Sequence record: LC680884.1
Strand: one strand, 5' to 3'
DNA: 64,000 nucleotides
Both the position numbers and the translations under genes were made by a program. Each line of letters starts with the position of its first letter. Position 1 is the stretch's first letter. Below are positions 29,325 through 40,011 of the stretch, in pieces. Below the pieces are notes generated by a model that saw nothing but the letters and a program-made list of their open reading frames with translations, was not told the DNA's origin and did no database searches.

Positions 29325-31124
29325 ATGGCTACAACTAGTTATAAAGTTGGAGATAGAATTAAGGGTTCTAAATCCGGTTTCTATTTAATTGTAAAACAAG
29401 TTCTTTCCAATGGAGATATAAAGGTTCAATGTGTAGTTCCAAAGGGAAATGAAAAATACTATACACTTGCAGGAGGAAAAAGAACCTCTATTGGAAGTAG
29501 TTATGTTACAATTAAGAAAAATATGAAAGTGACTCTAACTACAGTAAAATATGACTACAAAGAGCAATGGATTAATCCGGCATGGTATTGGTATGGGAAT
29601 AAGTATGATGGTGTCATGAACTATGGTACAAGACCTTATACCAAAATATCAAAAGGATCTAAAGCGGCTCCTAAATCTCAAACCAATGCACAATTATTTG
29701 ATGCTACTGACTTATCTAAAAAATGGACACCAAAGAAATGGGTTTCTATTCCTGGAACATATCAGTGGGCTAATAGTACTAGTAATGGAGATTGGAGTGG
29801 CTGGTATAAAGGTTCTTGGTATCTAGCTGTTCATAATACTTATAGAAGACCAATTAAATTTAAAGTAAAATTAAAAACACCAGATAAAATCTCTAGATCT
29901 GCAACAGTAAATATTACAGGTATTAGATCTATTGCAGATAAAACAAAACCTAATATTGATCTGTATGACAAGAGATCTAATAAGAATATCTTAATTCCGA
30001 ATACACCAGAAACTTATACAGTTTACAAACCTATTACTGTTTTTTGGAAAGAAGATACATCTAAATTTAAATATGATATAACTGCTCAAAGATACACTGA
30101 TATTGATGGTAATACTAGTAACTTTACTTTTACTAATTATTATAAAATTAATAAGTATGGCACTTATGAAGTTGCAGTAAGATGTACTAATAAAGATACA
30201 CCATCATTAATGGATTTTGCAACTTCAAGAATTATATATGAAGATCCAACACCTGCTCCTGATTTTAAGATCTTTGACAAAGCTGTTACATCAAGGATAT
30301 ATGATGAATACAACAAAGTATATTTAGCGGCGTGTTATCCAACTATTAATGTTCCTAGTGGTTGTACGTTATATGAAGCAAAGATTAATGGTAAAGCATA
30401 TACTTTAGGTACTCCATTAGTAGAAAATGGTACTTATACAATTGTTGTTACAATTAGAAAAAATACTAACCATAAAACACTTACTAAAAAAGGTGTATTT
30501 ACCATTGACAATGATCCACCTGATCCACCAATTATTAGAATTGACAAAGATTATCAAGGTAAAGATTACGGACTCATAGGTAGATTCCCTAACCCTGTTT
30601 CACCAAGAATAATTGTACAATCTGGTTGTGTACCTGTAACAAAAGTTTATTATAAAAAAGATTTAAATGATACTCAATGGGTGCAAATACCAGAGGAACA
30701 AACATACTCTAAAAAGGGCATATATCGTATTGAATCTAAAGCACATAAACTTTCAAATGGTCTATATTCAGAATATACGACTGTAGAATTCTATAAGAAA
30801 ATAAAATATAGATATACGATCACTTTGGATCCAAATGAATTATGCTATAGAACTATAGCCACTGTTAATTTCCCGAAAGATCCTACAATGAAATTTCAAT
30901 ATCGGATTGATGATGGTGATTGGCGTTGGTACAGAGATCCAGTTAAAATCTATAAAAATTGTATAATCTATGTACGAAGTCTAGATGGTGATGATGACTA
31001 TGAAAGCTATATTACATCCAAAATAGTTGATATTATTGATACTACACCACCTGACACTCCAGTTATTGGAGGAGTATCTGAAGGAGATGCTAAATCAACA
31101 GTTATCCCAACTATTGAAGGTTAA
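29325..31124 (+). CDS. Putative tail fibre/receptor-binding protein with Ig-like modules
   Basis: D..PP.PP.I.G repeats shared with the 1438-aa protein. Confidence 0.55.
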   Translation: MATTSYKVGDRIKGSKSGFYLIVKQVLSNGDIKVQCVVPKGNEKYYTLAGGKRTSIGSSYVTIKKNMKVTLTTVKYDYKEQWINPAWYWYGNKYDGVMNYGTRPYTKISKGSKAAPKSQTNAQLFDATDLSKKWTPKKWVSIPGTYQWANSTSNGDWSGWYKGSWYLAVHNTYRRPIKFKVKLKTPDKISRSATVNITGIRSIADKTKPNIDLYDKRSNKNILIPNTPETYTVYKPITVFWKEDTSKFKYDITAQRYTDIDGNTSNFTFTNYYKINKYGTYEVAVRCTNKDTPSLMDFATSRIIYEDPTPAPDFKIFDKAVTSRIYDEYNKVYLAACYPTINVPSGCTLYEAKINGKAYTLGTPLVENGTYTIVVTIRKNTNHKTLTKKGVFTIDNDPPDPPIIRIDKDYQGKDYGLIGRFPNPVSPRIIVQSGCVPVTKVYYKKDLNDTQWVQIPEEQTYSKKGIYRIESKAHKLSNGLYSEYTTVEFYKKIKYRYTITLDPNELCYRTIATVNFPKDPTMKFQYRIDDGDWRWYRDPVKIYKNCIIYVRSLDGDDDYESYITSKIVDIIDTTPPDTPVIGGVSEGDAKSTVIPTIEG

Positions 31125-31142
31125 TAATAAGGGAGTGAAATT

Positions 31143-34100
31143 ATGATAATTAAAGACTTACCGTTAGGATCCTTAGTAAAGGATCCTAATACTAAATATA
31201 ATGGAAAACCAATTGTTTGGAAATTGGTTGGTAAAGATTTAGCAGGTTATCCAGCAAATAGTGCTACTTTGATGACTAATAATATCATCTCTATTAAGAC
31301 ATTTGATGCTAAGGAACCTAGTAATAGTAATACAAATAGGCAAACATCAGGAAACAACAGATGGCTTTATTCCAATATGCGTCAATGGTTGAATTCAACA
31401 AAACCATCACCTTGGTTCACAGCAACTAATTCTTCTGATACACCTCCTTCTTCTGGTTCTAATGGAAATAGCTATGATACAGAAGATGGATTCTTAACTA
31501 ATTTTAGTAGTGATTTTGCAAATAGAATTTTAAAGACTGATTTGAAAACAATTGTTCCATCAGTTGACGGTGGTGGAGTAGAGACTGTTCAAGATAATGT
31601 ATTCCTATTTAGTATGACAGAAATGGGATTAGCAGGCTCAAGTGGAAAAGAAGGAACAACAATTCCATATTTAAATTCTTCATCTAATCGTATTCTTAAA
31701 CCAACTGATGAAGCCGTTACACAAAGTAAATATCAGCATTCATCATTAAATTCTAGTTCAAACTATTATTACTGGTTACGTTCTGCTTATCCTGATTTTG
31801 GTCATATTGTGTATCGTATTAACATAAATGGCGCATTTGCTCAGTCTGTTGCGGATAACGATACAATTGGTGTTGCACCAGCACTTAACTTGGACTCCAA
31901 CTCTACTATCTCCCACCAAGATACAGATGGAGTTTATGTTCTTGCTTTTGAAGGTTCATCTCCTAAAGATTTAAGTGGTATAAAATTTACACTTATTGAT
32001 AAAAATACTAATATTAATATTACAACTGAAAATAGATTTTCAAATTCAGTTAAGTTAGATTGGAATGCAGATGATAGTTCTATTGCTTATACTATTAAAT
32101 TAAAAAAAGATGGAATTGAAATACCTTACAGTAGGCTTCAATCTTTATCTGAAAATGGTAAATATTCAGCTATTATTACAGCAAAAGATAAAGCTTATCC
32201 GACTAATACTAGAGATTCGAATGAATTTACATTCTATGTACTTCCTCCTAAAAAAGATTTAGATAATATTAGCTTTACTCTGAAGGATTTATTAACATCC
32301 TCTCAAATAGTTGAAGGCTCTAAATTTGTTGGTAAATTTCAACCTTATTGGGAAGAAATAGATGGTACAAATATTACTGTTAACTACAATGTTAATAGTA
32401 CTCCCAAGGGATCTTTAGTTAAATCTAATACCTATAGTCAAGCCGGTCTTTATCAAGTTAGCTATCTTATTACTGATAAGAATTATCCAGACAACCAAGC
32501 TACAGGTATTATAAACTTTGAAGTTATTGCCGCTCCTGAAGATTGGAATGATCTTGTCTTAGATCTCAGAGATGCAATTACTACTAAACCTATTAGTGAA
32601 GGATCTCAATTTGAGGCTAAAGTTCAACCAACTTGGAAAGAAGATTCTAATATAACATATGGAATAACTGTTACGTATAATAATAGTTTAATTTCATATA
32701 AAAAGGGTGATACATTAACTAATATCGGTCAATATACAATTAAATTTAATCTGACTGATAAGAATTACCCAGATAATAAAAAGGAAATTAGTGTAAATTT
32801 CGAGATTATAGAAAAGATAACTGATCTTGATACTTATGAAATGGAATTTATTGATGTAAATCTTCCTCAAGCACCAAACACTATCATTTCTGAAGGAAAA
32901 ATATTTAAAGATCAAGAAGTTAAACCATATTGGCAACCAATTCCAGCGGATTGTACTATAATAAGTTATACATTAGAGCGAGATGAATCTACAGTTCCTT
33001 TTACACCAAATAATGATGTTTATACAGATTATGGTAATTATTCTATTACTGTTGTCTTAGAAAATGGTGCTGGAGAGAATAAGACTTTTATTCGTAATTT
33101 TATTATAGCTCCAATTAACACTAATCTTGATATTGAAATTTATAATGATTTTGATGAGACTGAAATCAATGAAGGACGAATCTTCGAAGATGAATTAGTA
33201 TTACCAACTTGGGATGAGCCAGAAGATTGTGATGTAGATTATACATTGCGATATGATGGAGAAGATTTTGATTTTATGAAAGATCTCACAGTGTTATCAA
33301 ATAAGGGTGACTATGAGTTAGAATTGATTATCACAGAGATAGATAATCCTACCAACACTACAACTGTAGTGAGACACTTCTCAATTGTTGATAAAAAAGT
33401 TGATATGAATGAAATTGCTCTTGTAATTGTTAACGCTATTACAGATATACCTATTCAAAATAACGATGTCTATAAAGGGATTCAAGTTAAACCATTTTGG
33501 TATACAGGACAGCTTCCATCTAATCTAGATTATGAGTCATGGATTACTTATAATGGTACTAGACGGTCATATGATCCAACAGATGATGAAGATATTCTAA
33601 CTGAATACGGAGATTATGTAGTAGAAGTTAAAATTTCAGATCATAACTTTCCGACAAATTATAAAATGGTAGTTAGAAACTTTAAGTTAATGCCGGGATC
33701 TATTGATATAACTGGAAAAGAGCTTATTATCAAGAATAAATTAACAGGCTCTATTATTGAAGAAGGACAAGTCTTTAGAGGAAAAGATGTGGCAGTTCAA
33801 CCTACTTGGGATATTTTTGCAGGGTTAAAGTATGAGCATAAATTATATTTAAATGGAACCCTTCTAAGTTCTTTTAAACGTGAAGATACAATTAGAGACA
33901 AGGGCGCATATAGATTAGTTGTAACAGCTACCGATCCAAACTATCCTGAAAATAAAATTGAAATATCTCTTACATTTTCGTTAACAAATGATCTCGATGT
34001 TGATGGTAATGAAAATGAGGATGCATATTTAAATGGTCTTCCATATGTTATGGGAACACCTATTATAGATTCAGGAGATTATAATTTACTTGTTGTTCGG

Positions 34101-35459
34101 AGAAAGAAATCTAATTTTATGGTTTCAATGTCTGATGTTAATTTTATCGTATTTAATCCTGATGAAGAACAAAAACCATTAATATTAGCAGACCCAGAGT
34201 ATATACCGAGTATTAAGGATACTATTACAATTAGGTATCCAAATTATGGCTCAGAATTTGAATATAAAATTGATAGTGCTGAAGAATGGCAATCATATAG
34301 TGAGCCGTTTGATGTAACTGATAACTGTATTATTCATGCTAGATACAAAGATCCTAATGGTTATTTTGTTGAAGACACTAAAGCAATAACAAATATTGAT
34401 AAATTACCACCAGAACCACCTGTTGTTATGGGCTTTAAAGAAGGTGTATCAACATATTTAACAGTTTCACCAACTGTCCAGTATGTTTATGGTGTCGATT
34501 TTACTGCAACCTTAAATGGAGAACCATATGAAATTGGGAGCCCAATATATAATGAAGTAGCTGAGATAAGAGATTATACTTTAGTTGTTACTGCTAAAAA
34601 ACGTCTTAATGGTTTAACTGCTACAACTATAGTTAAATTTACATTAGATTCAGTTCCTCCTGAACCTCCAAAAATTGTCGGTGTATTACCTGAAGTTATT
34701 CAAGAATCAGCAAGACCAGATATTGATTCTTATGAGGATAATCCATCTTATAAAGAAGATAATGAATTTGAAGCTAAACTTAACGGTAGATCATTTAAAT
34801 TAGGTACTCTGTTAAATGATCCTAATAGTTATCAATTATCAGTAACAGCAATTAAGAAGATTAATGGTCTAAGAGCCACTTCATATGTAGTATTTACAAT
34901 TATTGATAAGATACCAGAACCAATTGGACCGCTAAGAATCAGCTTAGAACCATTAACTGAACAAAACAAAGTAAAGGCAATTGATGGTGAGATGGTAGTT
35001 GATCGTGATACAGGACATATTTCAATTTATGATGATGGATATCTAATTAGTAAAACTAAGGAATTAGAGGAATTACTAGCATTGTCAGAAAAAAGAGCAG
35101 TTGCAATTGATATCTCTCTGCAAAATAATGAACAGAGAATCAATGACCTTAAAATTATGAAAGATGTATTAAGGGAAAAAGTAACTGATCTACAAAAAAG
35201 AAATTATGAAATTGAAAATGATGTAAATACAATTAAATCCATCTTATCTTATTTAGACTTTACTGATTTAAGCGTTATCGATCAATTTAAAAATTCATTA
35301 GAAGAAATCGGTACTGTTACTAGTGGTATACGAGTTAGAATTGAAGAACTTAGAAATACTACCACTGGAAAGACAGAATTAGCTCTTCAAATAATGGATG
35401 GTCTTCAGAACAACTCAAGCCTTATTGGTGAGACAATTTGGTATAAAAATAACACTTGA
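31143..35459 (+). CDS. Large tail protein: DUF6273-like N-terminus, Ig-like repeats, C-terminal assembly module and coiled coil
   Basis: LPLGSLVKD...PIVWKLVGKD...GNNRWLYSNMRQWLNS...YWLRS; repeated QP.W...Y units. Confidence 0.65.
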   Translation: MIIKDLPLGSLVKDPNTKYNGKPIVWKLVGKDLAGYPANSATLMTNNIISIKTFDAKEPSNSNTNRQTSGNNRWLYSNMRQWLNSTKPSPWFTATNSSDTPPSSGSNGNSYDTEDGFLTNFSSDFANRILKTDLKTIVPSVDGGGVETVQDNVFLFSMTEMGLAGSSGKEGTTIPYLNSSSNRILKPTDEAVTQSKYQHSSLNSSSNYYYWLRSAYPDFGHIVYRININGAFAQSVADNDTIGVAPALNLDSNSTISHQDTDGVYVLAFEGSSPKDLSGIKFTLIDKNTNINITTENRFSNSVKLDWNADDSSIAYTIKLKKDGIEIPYSRLQSLSENGKYSAIITAKDKAYPTNTRDSNEFTFYVLPPKKDLDNISFTLKDLLTSSQIVEGSKFVGKFQPYWEEIDGTNITVNYNVNSTPKGSLVKSNTYSQAGLYQVSYLITDKNYPDNQATGIINFEVIAAPEDWNDLVLDLRDAITTKPISEGSQFEAKVQPTWKEDSNITYGITVTYNNSLISYKKGDTLTNIGQYTIKFNLTDKNYPDNKKEISVNFEIIEKITDLDTYEMEFIDVNLPQAPNTIISEGKIFKDQEVKPYWQPIPADCTIISYTLERDESTVPFTPNNDVYTDYGNYSITVVLENGAGENKTFIRNFIIAPINTNLDIEIYNDFDETEINEGRIFEDELVLPTWDEPEDCDVDYTLRYDGEDFDFMKDLTVLSNKGDYELELIITEIDNPTNTTTVVRHFSIVDKKVDMNEIALVIVNAITDIPIQNNDVYKGIQVKPFWYTGQLPSNLDYESWITYNGTRRSYDPTDDEDILTEYGDYVVEVKISDHNFPTNYKMVVRNFKLMPGSIDITGKELIIKNKLTGSIIEEGQVFRGKDVAVQPTWDIFAGLKYEHKLYLNGTLLSSFKREDTIRDKGAYRLVVTATDPNYPENKIEISLTFSLTNDLDVDGNENEDAYLNGLPYVMGTPIIDSGDYNLLVVRRKKSNFMVSMSDVNFIVFNPDEEQKPLILADPEYIPSIKDTITIRYPNYGSEFEYKIDSAEEWQSYSEPFDVTDNCIIHARYKDPNGYFVEDTKAITNIDKLPPEPPVVMGFKEGVSTYLTVSPTVQYVYGVDFTATLNGEPYEIGSPIYNEVAEIRDYTLVVTAKKRLNGLTATTIVKFTLDSVPPEPPKIVGVLPEVIQESARPDIDSYEDNPSYKEDNEFEAKLNGRSFKLGTLLNDPNSYQLSVTAIKKINGLRATSYVVFTIIDKIPEPIGPLRISLEPLTEQNKVKAIDGEMVVDRDTGHISIYDDGYLISKTKELEELLALSEKRAVAIDISLQNNEQRINDLKIMKDVLREKVTDLQKRNYEIENDVNTIKSILSYLDFTDLSVIDQFKNSLEEIGTVTSGIRVRIEELRNTTTGKTELALQIMDGLQNNSSLIGETIWYKNNT

Positions 35460-35473
35460 TTGGGTGATAATCA

Positions 35474-36010
35474 ATGGATTGGAGAATTGTAATAAGACCA
35501 TTGCTTGAGAAAAATATGTTTAATGCTAAAGAAGGAGAAATCATTCTTGATAAGAAGACTGGGCATGTAACAATTAAGCATAATGGTAAGTATAAAAGTA
35601 AAACAAAAGAACTTGAGGCTAGGGCAAATGCCCTCCTCAGTTATAAAAATAAGCTTGTTAAAAAGTTTATTGAATTAGCTGAAGAAATTGAAAGATTACT
35701 AAACTCTATAGATGTATTAAAAGATGATACTAAAAAGGTTAGAGATAGGGCAGAAGAATTATATGTCAGTTTAACAGAATTAGATGCAGATGTTGAGAGT
35801 TTAATGACACTAATAGATAATTTTTGTAAAGAATTGAAGGATTTTCAATATAAAGAAATTCGTCCTTTTCTTGATCCTATAGTTGATAATCTGAAAGATA
35901 TTCTTAAACTAAAAGCAACTATAGATGAAATGAAATTCTTGGCTAATGATATAACTAATCAAAAAATAAGTAACAAATCTGGTTTAGATCAAATTGGAGG
36001 TGGATATTGA
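35474..36010 (+). CDS. Coiled-coil protein sharing the PL..GE..D..TGH..SKTKELE module
   Basis: IRPLLEKNMFNAKEGEIILDKKTGHVTIKHNGKYKSKTKELE. Confidence 0.65.
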   Translation: MDWRIVIRPLLEKNMFNAKEGEIILDKKTGHVTIKHNGKYKSKTKELEARANALLSYKNKLVKKFIELAEEIERLLNSIDVLKDDTKKVRDRAEELYVSLTELDADVESLMTLIDNFCKELKDFQYKEIRPFLDPIVDNLKDILKLKATIDEMKFLANDITNQKISNKSGLDQIGGGY

Positions 36011-36549
36011 TGGCTTATAATGGAAGATTCGCATATCAACCTCTTTCTGAAGAATTTGCAAAAGACTCTCAGCCCGGACAGTTGATAATGAATCGATTTG
36101 ATGGTCATATATCTGCCAATAAGAATGGTATAATTGTTAGTAAAACTAAAGAAATAGAAGACAAACTTGAAGATATTAATGAATTAAAACATGACGTTGA
36201 TGAACAAACAGATGTTATTCTTAACTTATTAGAAGATATTGAAACATTCTTAAAAGGGGATTTTGAGGATGCAGTTGAGGCTCAAAATAAAACCTATGAG
36301 TTTGGTAAAAAGATACTTTTAAAAATAAAATATCTTGACCAACTAGATAAAGGTACTGCAAAGAAAATTGAAAGAATTAAGAAAATAATTCTTAATTTAG
36401 AAAAAGCCAATGACCTTCAAGTTGGTTGGATGGATGATTATGAAGTTGATGCTAAAAAAGCAATAGATGATATAGGTGATTTAGCTTATGTTGATAATGA
36501 ATTTAATATTATAACATCTCTTTATAATACCTACAAAAAGGAAGGTTAG
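36007..36549 (+). CDS. Coiled-coil protein sharing the same module
   Basis: YQPLSEEFAKDSQPGQLIMNRFDGHISANKNGIIVSKTKEIE. Confidence 0.65.
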   Translation: MMAYNGRFAYQPLSEEFAKDSQPGQLIMNRFDGHISANKNGIIVSKTKEIEDKLEDINELKHDVDEQTDVILNLLEDIETFLKGDFEDAVEAQNKTYEFGKKILLKIKYLDQLDKGTAKKIERIKKIILNLEKANDLQVGWMDDYEVDAKKAIDDIGDLAYVDNEFNIITSLYNTYKKEG

Positions 36550-36555
36550 GATAAT

Positions 36556-37770
36556 ATGTCATTAAATATCATAGAGACATATCTAACTCCTAATGGAGAG
36601 CCAAGAAAGGGGAACAGACCACTGTTCCTCATTCTTTTTAGTTCTGAAAGATCGGGTTGTTCCATTTATGATTTAGATAGAGAAGATAAATATGAGAATG
36701 GAAAGACTATGTTTAGAGGTCATTTTTTTATCTCAAAAGAAGGTGTTATTTTTAGAGGAAGATCTTTAGATACAATTGGCGAATTTGCTCATGATGATCA
36801 AACAGGAATGGACTTCAATAGAAATAGTATTGGAATTTGCGTAGAAGGTGATTATACATCCGAATTAATGCCAACTATACAAAAGAATTCAATTGTTTTA
36901 CTCATACAATACTTAAGAAATAATAATTCTACTCTAAAAACTATATACGCTTTAGATGAGATTCTTACTGATAAAAGCAATCCAGGAATATTCTTTCCAT
37001 TGAATGAGATTATAGCCAATGTACTTAATGTGTCAATTGAGCCTGTAAGAAAAGCACCTAATGGGTTATTGAGATATGCATTTGGTAACAGAACACTATA
37101 CTTTGATTCAAAAAAACCTGTCACTGGTAATGATGTAACAGAATTACAAACAATGTTAAATCTATTTGGATTCAACTGTGATACTAATGGATATTTTGAC
37201 AATACTACCATGTTAGCAGTACTTAATTTCCAAAAAAGCTATAACTTAATTCCAGATGGAATAGTTAATGACGAGACTTTTAGTCTTATAAAGAAATTAT
37301 CATTAAAATTTTTTGAAAATAGAATGACCTTTTCTAGAATATTATACTTTGATAACAATAATCAGTTATATGGAAATGATATTAAGCGATTACAGAATAG
37401 ATTACAGCTTTTAGGTTATGAATGTAACTCTAATGGTTTTTATGATAGTAGTACTGAATCTGCGGTTAAAAATTTTCAGGAATCACATTCATTAACTGTA
37501 GATGGAAAAGTTGGACCAATTACATGGAGTCAAATTACTGACACAAGTTTTACTTTTATAAAAAGGACACTTATGTATACTACTCCTATGTTATTTGGTG
37601 ATGATGTTCGTTTAGTACAGCAACGTTTAAATGACTTAGGCTATATATTAGAACCTACCGGATGGTTTGATGAGACTACTATGCAAGCAGTTATTAAATT
37701 TCAATCATCTAAGGGAATGAAAGCTGATGGGATTATAAATGATTCTACAGCGAAGCAATTATTTAAATAA
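36556..37770 (+). CDS. Amidase_2/PGRP-fold domain (Zn ligands substituted) plus three PG_binding_1 domains
   Basis: GHFFISKEGVIFRGR...IG..AH...NSIGICVEGDY; three G.DV..LQ..L...G......G.FD..T..AV..FQ....L..DG repeats. Confidence 0.8.
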   Translation: MSLNIIETYLTPNGEPRKGNRPLFLILFSSERSGCSIYDLDREDKYENGKTMFRGHFFISKEGVIFRGRSLDTIGEFAHDDQTGMDFNRNSIGICVEGDYTSELMPTIQKNSIVLLIQYLRNNNSTLKTIYALDEILTDKSNPGIFFPLNEIIANVLNVSIEPVRKAPNGLLRYAFGNRTLYFDSKKPVTGNDVTELQTMLNLFGFNCDTNGYFDNTTMLAVLNFQKSYNLIPDGIVNDETFSLIKKLSLKFFENRMTFSRILYFDNNNQLYGNDIKRLQNRLQLLGYECNSNGFYDSSTESAVKNFQESHSLTVDGKVGPITWSQITDTSFTFIKRTLMYTTPMLFGDDVRLVQQRLNDLGYILEPTGWFDETTMQAVIKFQSSKGMKADGIINDSTAKQLFK

Positions 37771-37800
37771 GCAAAGACTATAAGAAAGTCTTTGCTTATT
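37766..37800 (+). terminator. Intrinsic terminator (14-bp stem)
   Basis: AATAAGCAAAGACT / AGTCTTTGCTTATT. Confidence 0.8.
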
Positions 37801-37814
37801 CTATTATAAAAATT

Positions 37815-37827
37815 AAATATATATTAT
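37815..37827 (+). promoter_or_regulatory. Early-type promoter AAATATATATTAT
   Basis: Exact 13-mer upstream of the intron-containing RNAP gene. Confidence 0.7.
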
Positions 37828-37995
37828 TTTTATGATTATAGTTTTAGAAAGGGGAGAAGATTGTTGGCAAAATTTAAAAAATTTTACTTGCGCAGAGAAT
37901 AGAAAACAGTTATAATAGAGATAGTGTATTTTAGATTTAAAAAAAAAGAAAATTTTCAAGTGTATTAGAAAGATAAAATAGGGGGAAAACAGAAT

Positions 37996-39114
37996 ATGGG
38001 GAAGAAACTATCCTTAATCGATTTTAATGAGATTTACAATGAGGAGAATTTAATTACAAGAGCTAATCCAATTGAAAATCATGAATTCTCTGATGATGGT
38101 ATTTACTCAGAAAGGATATTTGGTAGTTATAATGAAGACGATGATGATAAGGATATAGATACTATTGGATGGATTAATATTGAACCTTATTATATTATCA
38201 ACCCAATCTTATTTACTATCATCAAAAAATGTATTCCAAGTATTAATAAAATTATTAACTACCAACAGTCTATTGATCAAAACGGTGAGAATATTGATCT
38301 AACAGAAGAAATTGGGGAAGATGATTATATCGGGTTAGTAAAGTTTAAGGATAATTTTGATGATCTCCTTGAAAAATACACTGATAAAAAGAAATATCAA
38401 AAAGAATATGATTTCTTAATTGAAAATCATGATAAGATTTTTATTAATAAACTACCAGTATTTTCACACAAGCTTAGACCAGCTACATTATTAACTGGGA
38501 GTAAAGGAAAAGTATTGGCATTTGATGAGATTAATAATTACTACAACTTTGTTATTGAGTACATAAACCAGATTAATGAGGGTGTAGTATCTGATGACAG
38601 CATTGATTTACTATTATTACCATTACTTTATAATATGCAATTCTATGCCAATAATATCCTAACAAGAATTATTAGTGAATACCTTCGAGGTAAAAAAGGA
38701 TTTCTAAGAAAGAATATTATGGGTTCTAGAATCAATTTTAGTGCCAGAAATGTTATTACACCATTAATTGGTCATCCTATTGATGAAGTTGCTATGCCTT
38801 ATAAAACGTTCGCAGAACTTTATAAGTTTCAGCTTATCAATCTTATCAGTAAAGTAAAAGGTATAAATTATAATGAAGCACTAAAATTTTGGGAAAAAGG
38901 CATACTAGGATTTAATCAAGAGTTATATAACTATATGGAAGAACTAATTACAAAAACTAAAGGTGGTTGTACATTTTTACTTAACCGTAACCCTACTATT
39001 AGTATTGGTAGTATTTTATACCTAAAGATTGGTCTTATTAAAAAAGATTATAAAGACTTAACACTGGGAATTAGTAATAACTTATTGTCTGCATTATCAG
39101 GCGACTATGACGGT
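37996..39114 (+). CDS. rpoC: Phage multisubunit RNAP beta' N-terminal subunit, exon 1 (373 codons)
   Basis: DGIYSERIFG, LPVFSHKLRP, GKKGFLRKNIMGSRINFSARNVI, LLNRNPTI, ending in SGDYDG (NADFDGD equivalent). Confidence 0.9.
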
Positions 39115-40011
39115 AAGGCGATTGCCGTCTTTAAACCTCTTTAATTGTCTGGGAAGCTAAGTCATTTAAGATATGCCAACCAGCAGCCAAGACTATACAT
39201 TGCTCTGAAAGAAGCTAATTAGAATGGAACTAATATGGAAAGAAATAATAGGATTTGAAGGTCTATATGAAATAAGTAATACAGGTTTAGTGAAATCACT
39301 TAAACGAGAAGTTAGTGGAAAACTAAACAGTATTCGAATAATAGACGAAAAAATTCTTTCCTCCACAAATAATGGAAAAGGTTATCTTGTAGTCACATTA
39401 TATAGGGATAAAAAACGTTATTACAAAAAAATACACAGATTAGTAGCAGAAGCATTTATTGAGAATTCAGAAAATAAACCAGAAGTAAATCATAAAGATG
39501 GTATAAAAACTAATAATTGTGTATCTAATCTAGAATGGTCTACTACAAAAGAAAACTGTAATCACAGACAAAAAACTGGTTTAGGAAATATCAATAATGC
39601 TACTAAAGCAAAATATAAACCTATAGCTAAGTTAGATCTAACTACAGGGGAAATAATTAGTACCTATAAAAGTGTAAAAGAGGTTGCTAAAGAATTTGAC
39701 TGTAAAATAGATGCAATAGCAAGAGTAGCTAGAGGTCAAAGAAATTCCTATAAAGGCTATGGTTTTAAATACATTTAAGTGGAGCAATGTATAGTAAGGT
39801 TCAACGACTATCGAAAACACGGATATTCGAGAAATACGGTATCTGGAAGTGAGTAGAGTACAGCCTAAGCTAATGAGGTAGCGAAAGCTTTAAATGGAAA
39901 AGGGAGGAACTATTAATTTGGTAATAGAATTAATAGTTAAGATATAGTCTGATTCTAACAGAAATGTTAGCCCAATGGTATGAGAGGTTGCGCTCTTATA
40001 TAAACTAAATG
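39115..40011 (+). mobile_element. Group I self-splicing intron (897 nt, probably subgroup IA) with HNH ORF in P6a
   Basis: Exon GACGGU pairs with IGS GCCGUC (39124-29) giving a U.G splice site; P/Q elements AATTGTCTGGGAA and CCAGCAG; R GTTCAACGACTA; S AAGATATAGTC; P7 GACTAT/ATAGTC; 14-bp stem 39192-39205/39782-39795 encloses the ORF; P9 CTAACA-GAAA-TGTTAG; terminal G at 40011. Confidence 0.92.
39224..39778 (+). CDS. Intron-encoded HNH homing endonuclease (NUMOD4-HNH-NUMOD1, I-HmuI-like)
   Basis: WKEIIGFEGLYEISNTG, IHRLVAEAF, VNHKDGIKTNNCVSNLEW...EN..H. Confidence 0.9.
   Translation: MELIWKEIIGFEGLYEISNTGLVKSLKREVSGKLNSIRIIDEKILSSTNNGKGYLVVTLYRDKKRYYKKIHRLVAEAFIENSENKPEVNHKDGIKTNNCVSNLEWSTTKENCNHRQKTGLGNINNATKAKYKPIAKLDLTTGEIISTYKSVKEVAKEFDCKIDAIARVARGQRNSYKGYGFKYI

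Noticed and set aside
39115-39144. C-terminus KAIAVFKPL* of the 382-aa ORF in the track
   Set aside because: It is read-through into the intron's P1/IGS; the real protein continues at 40012.
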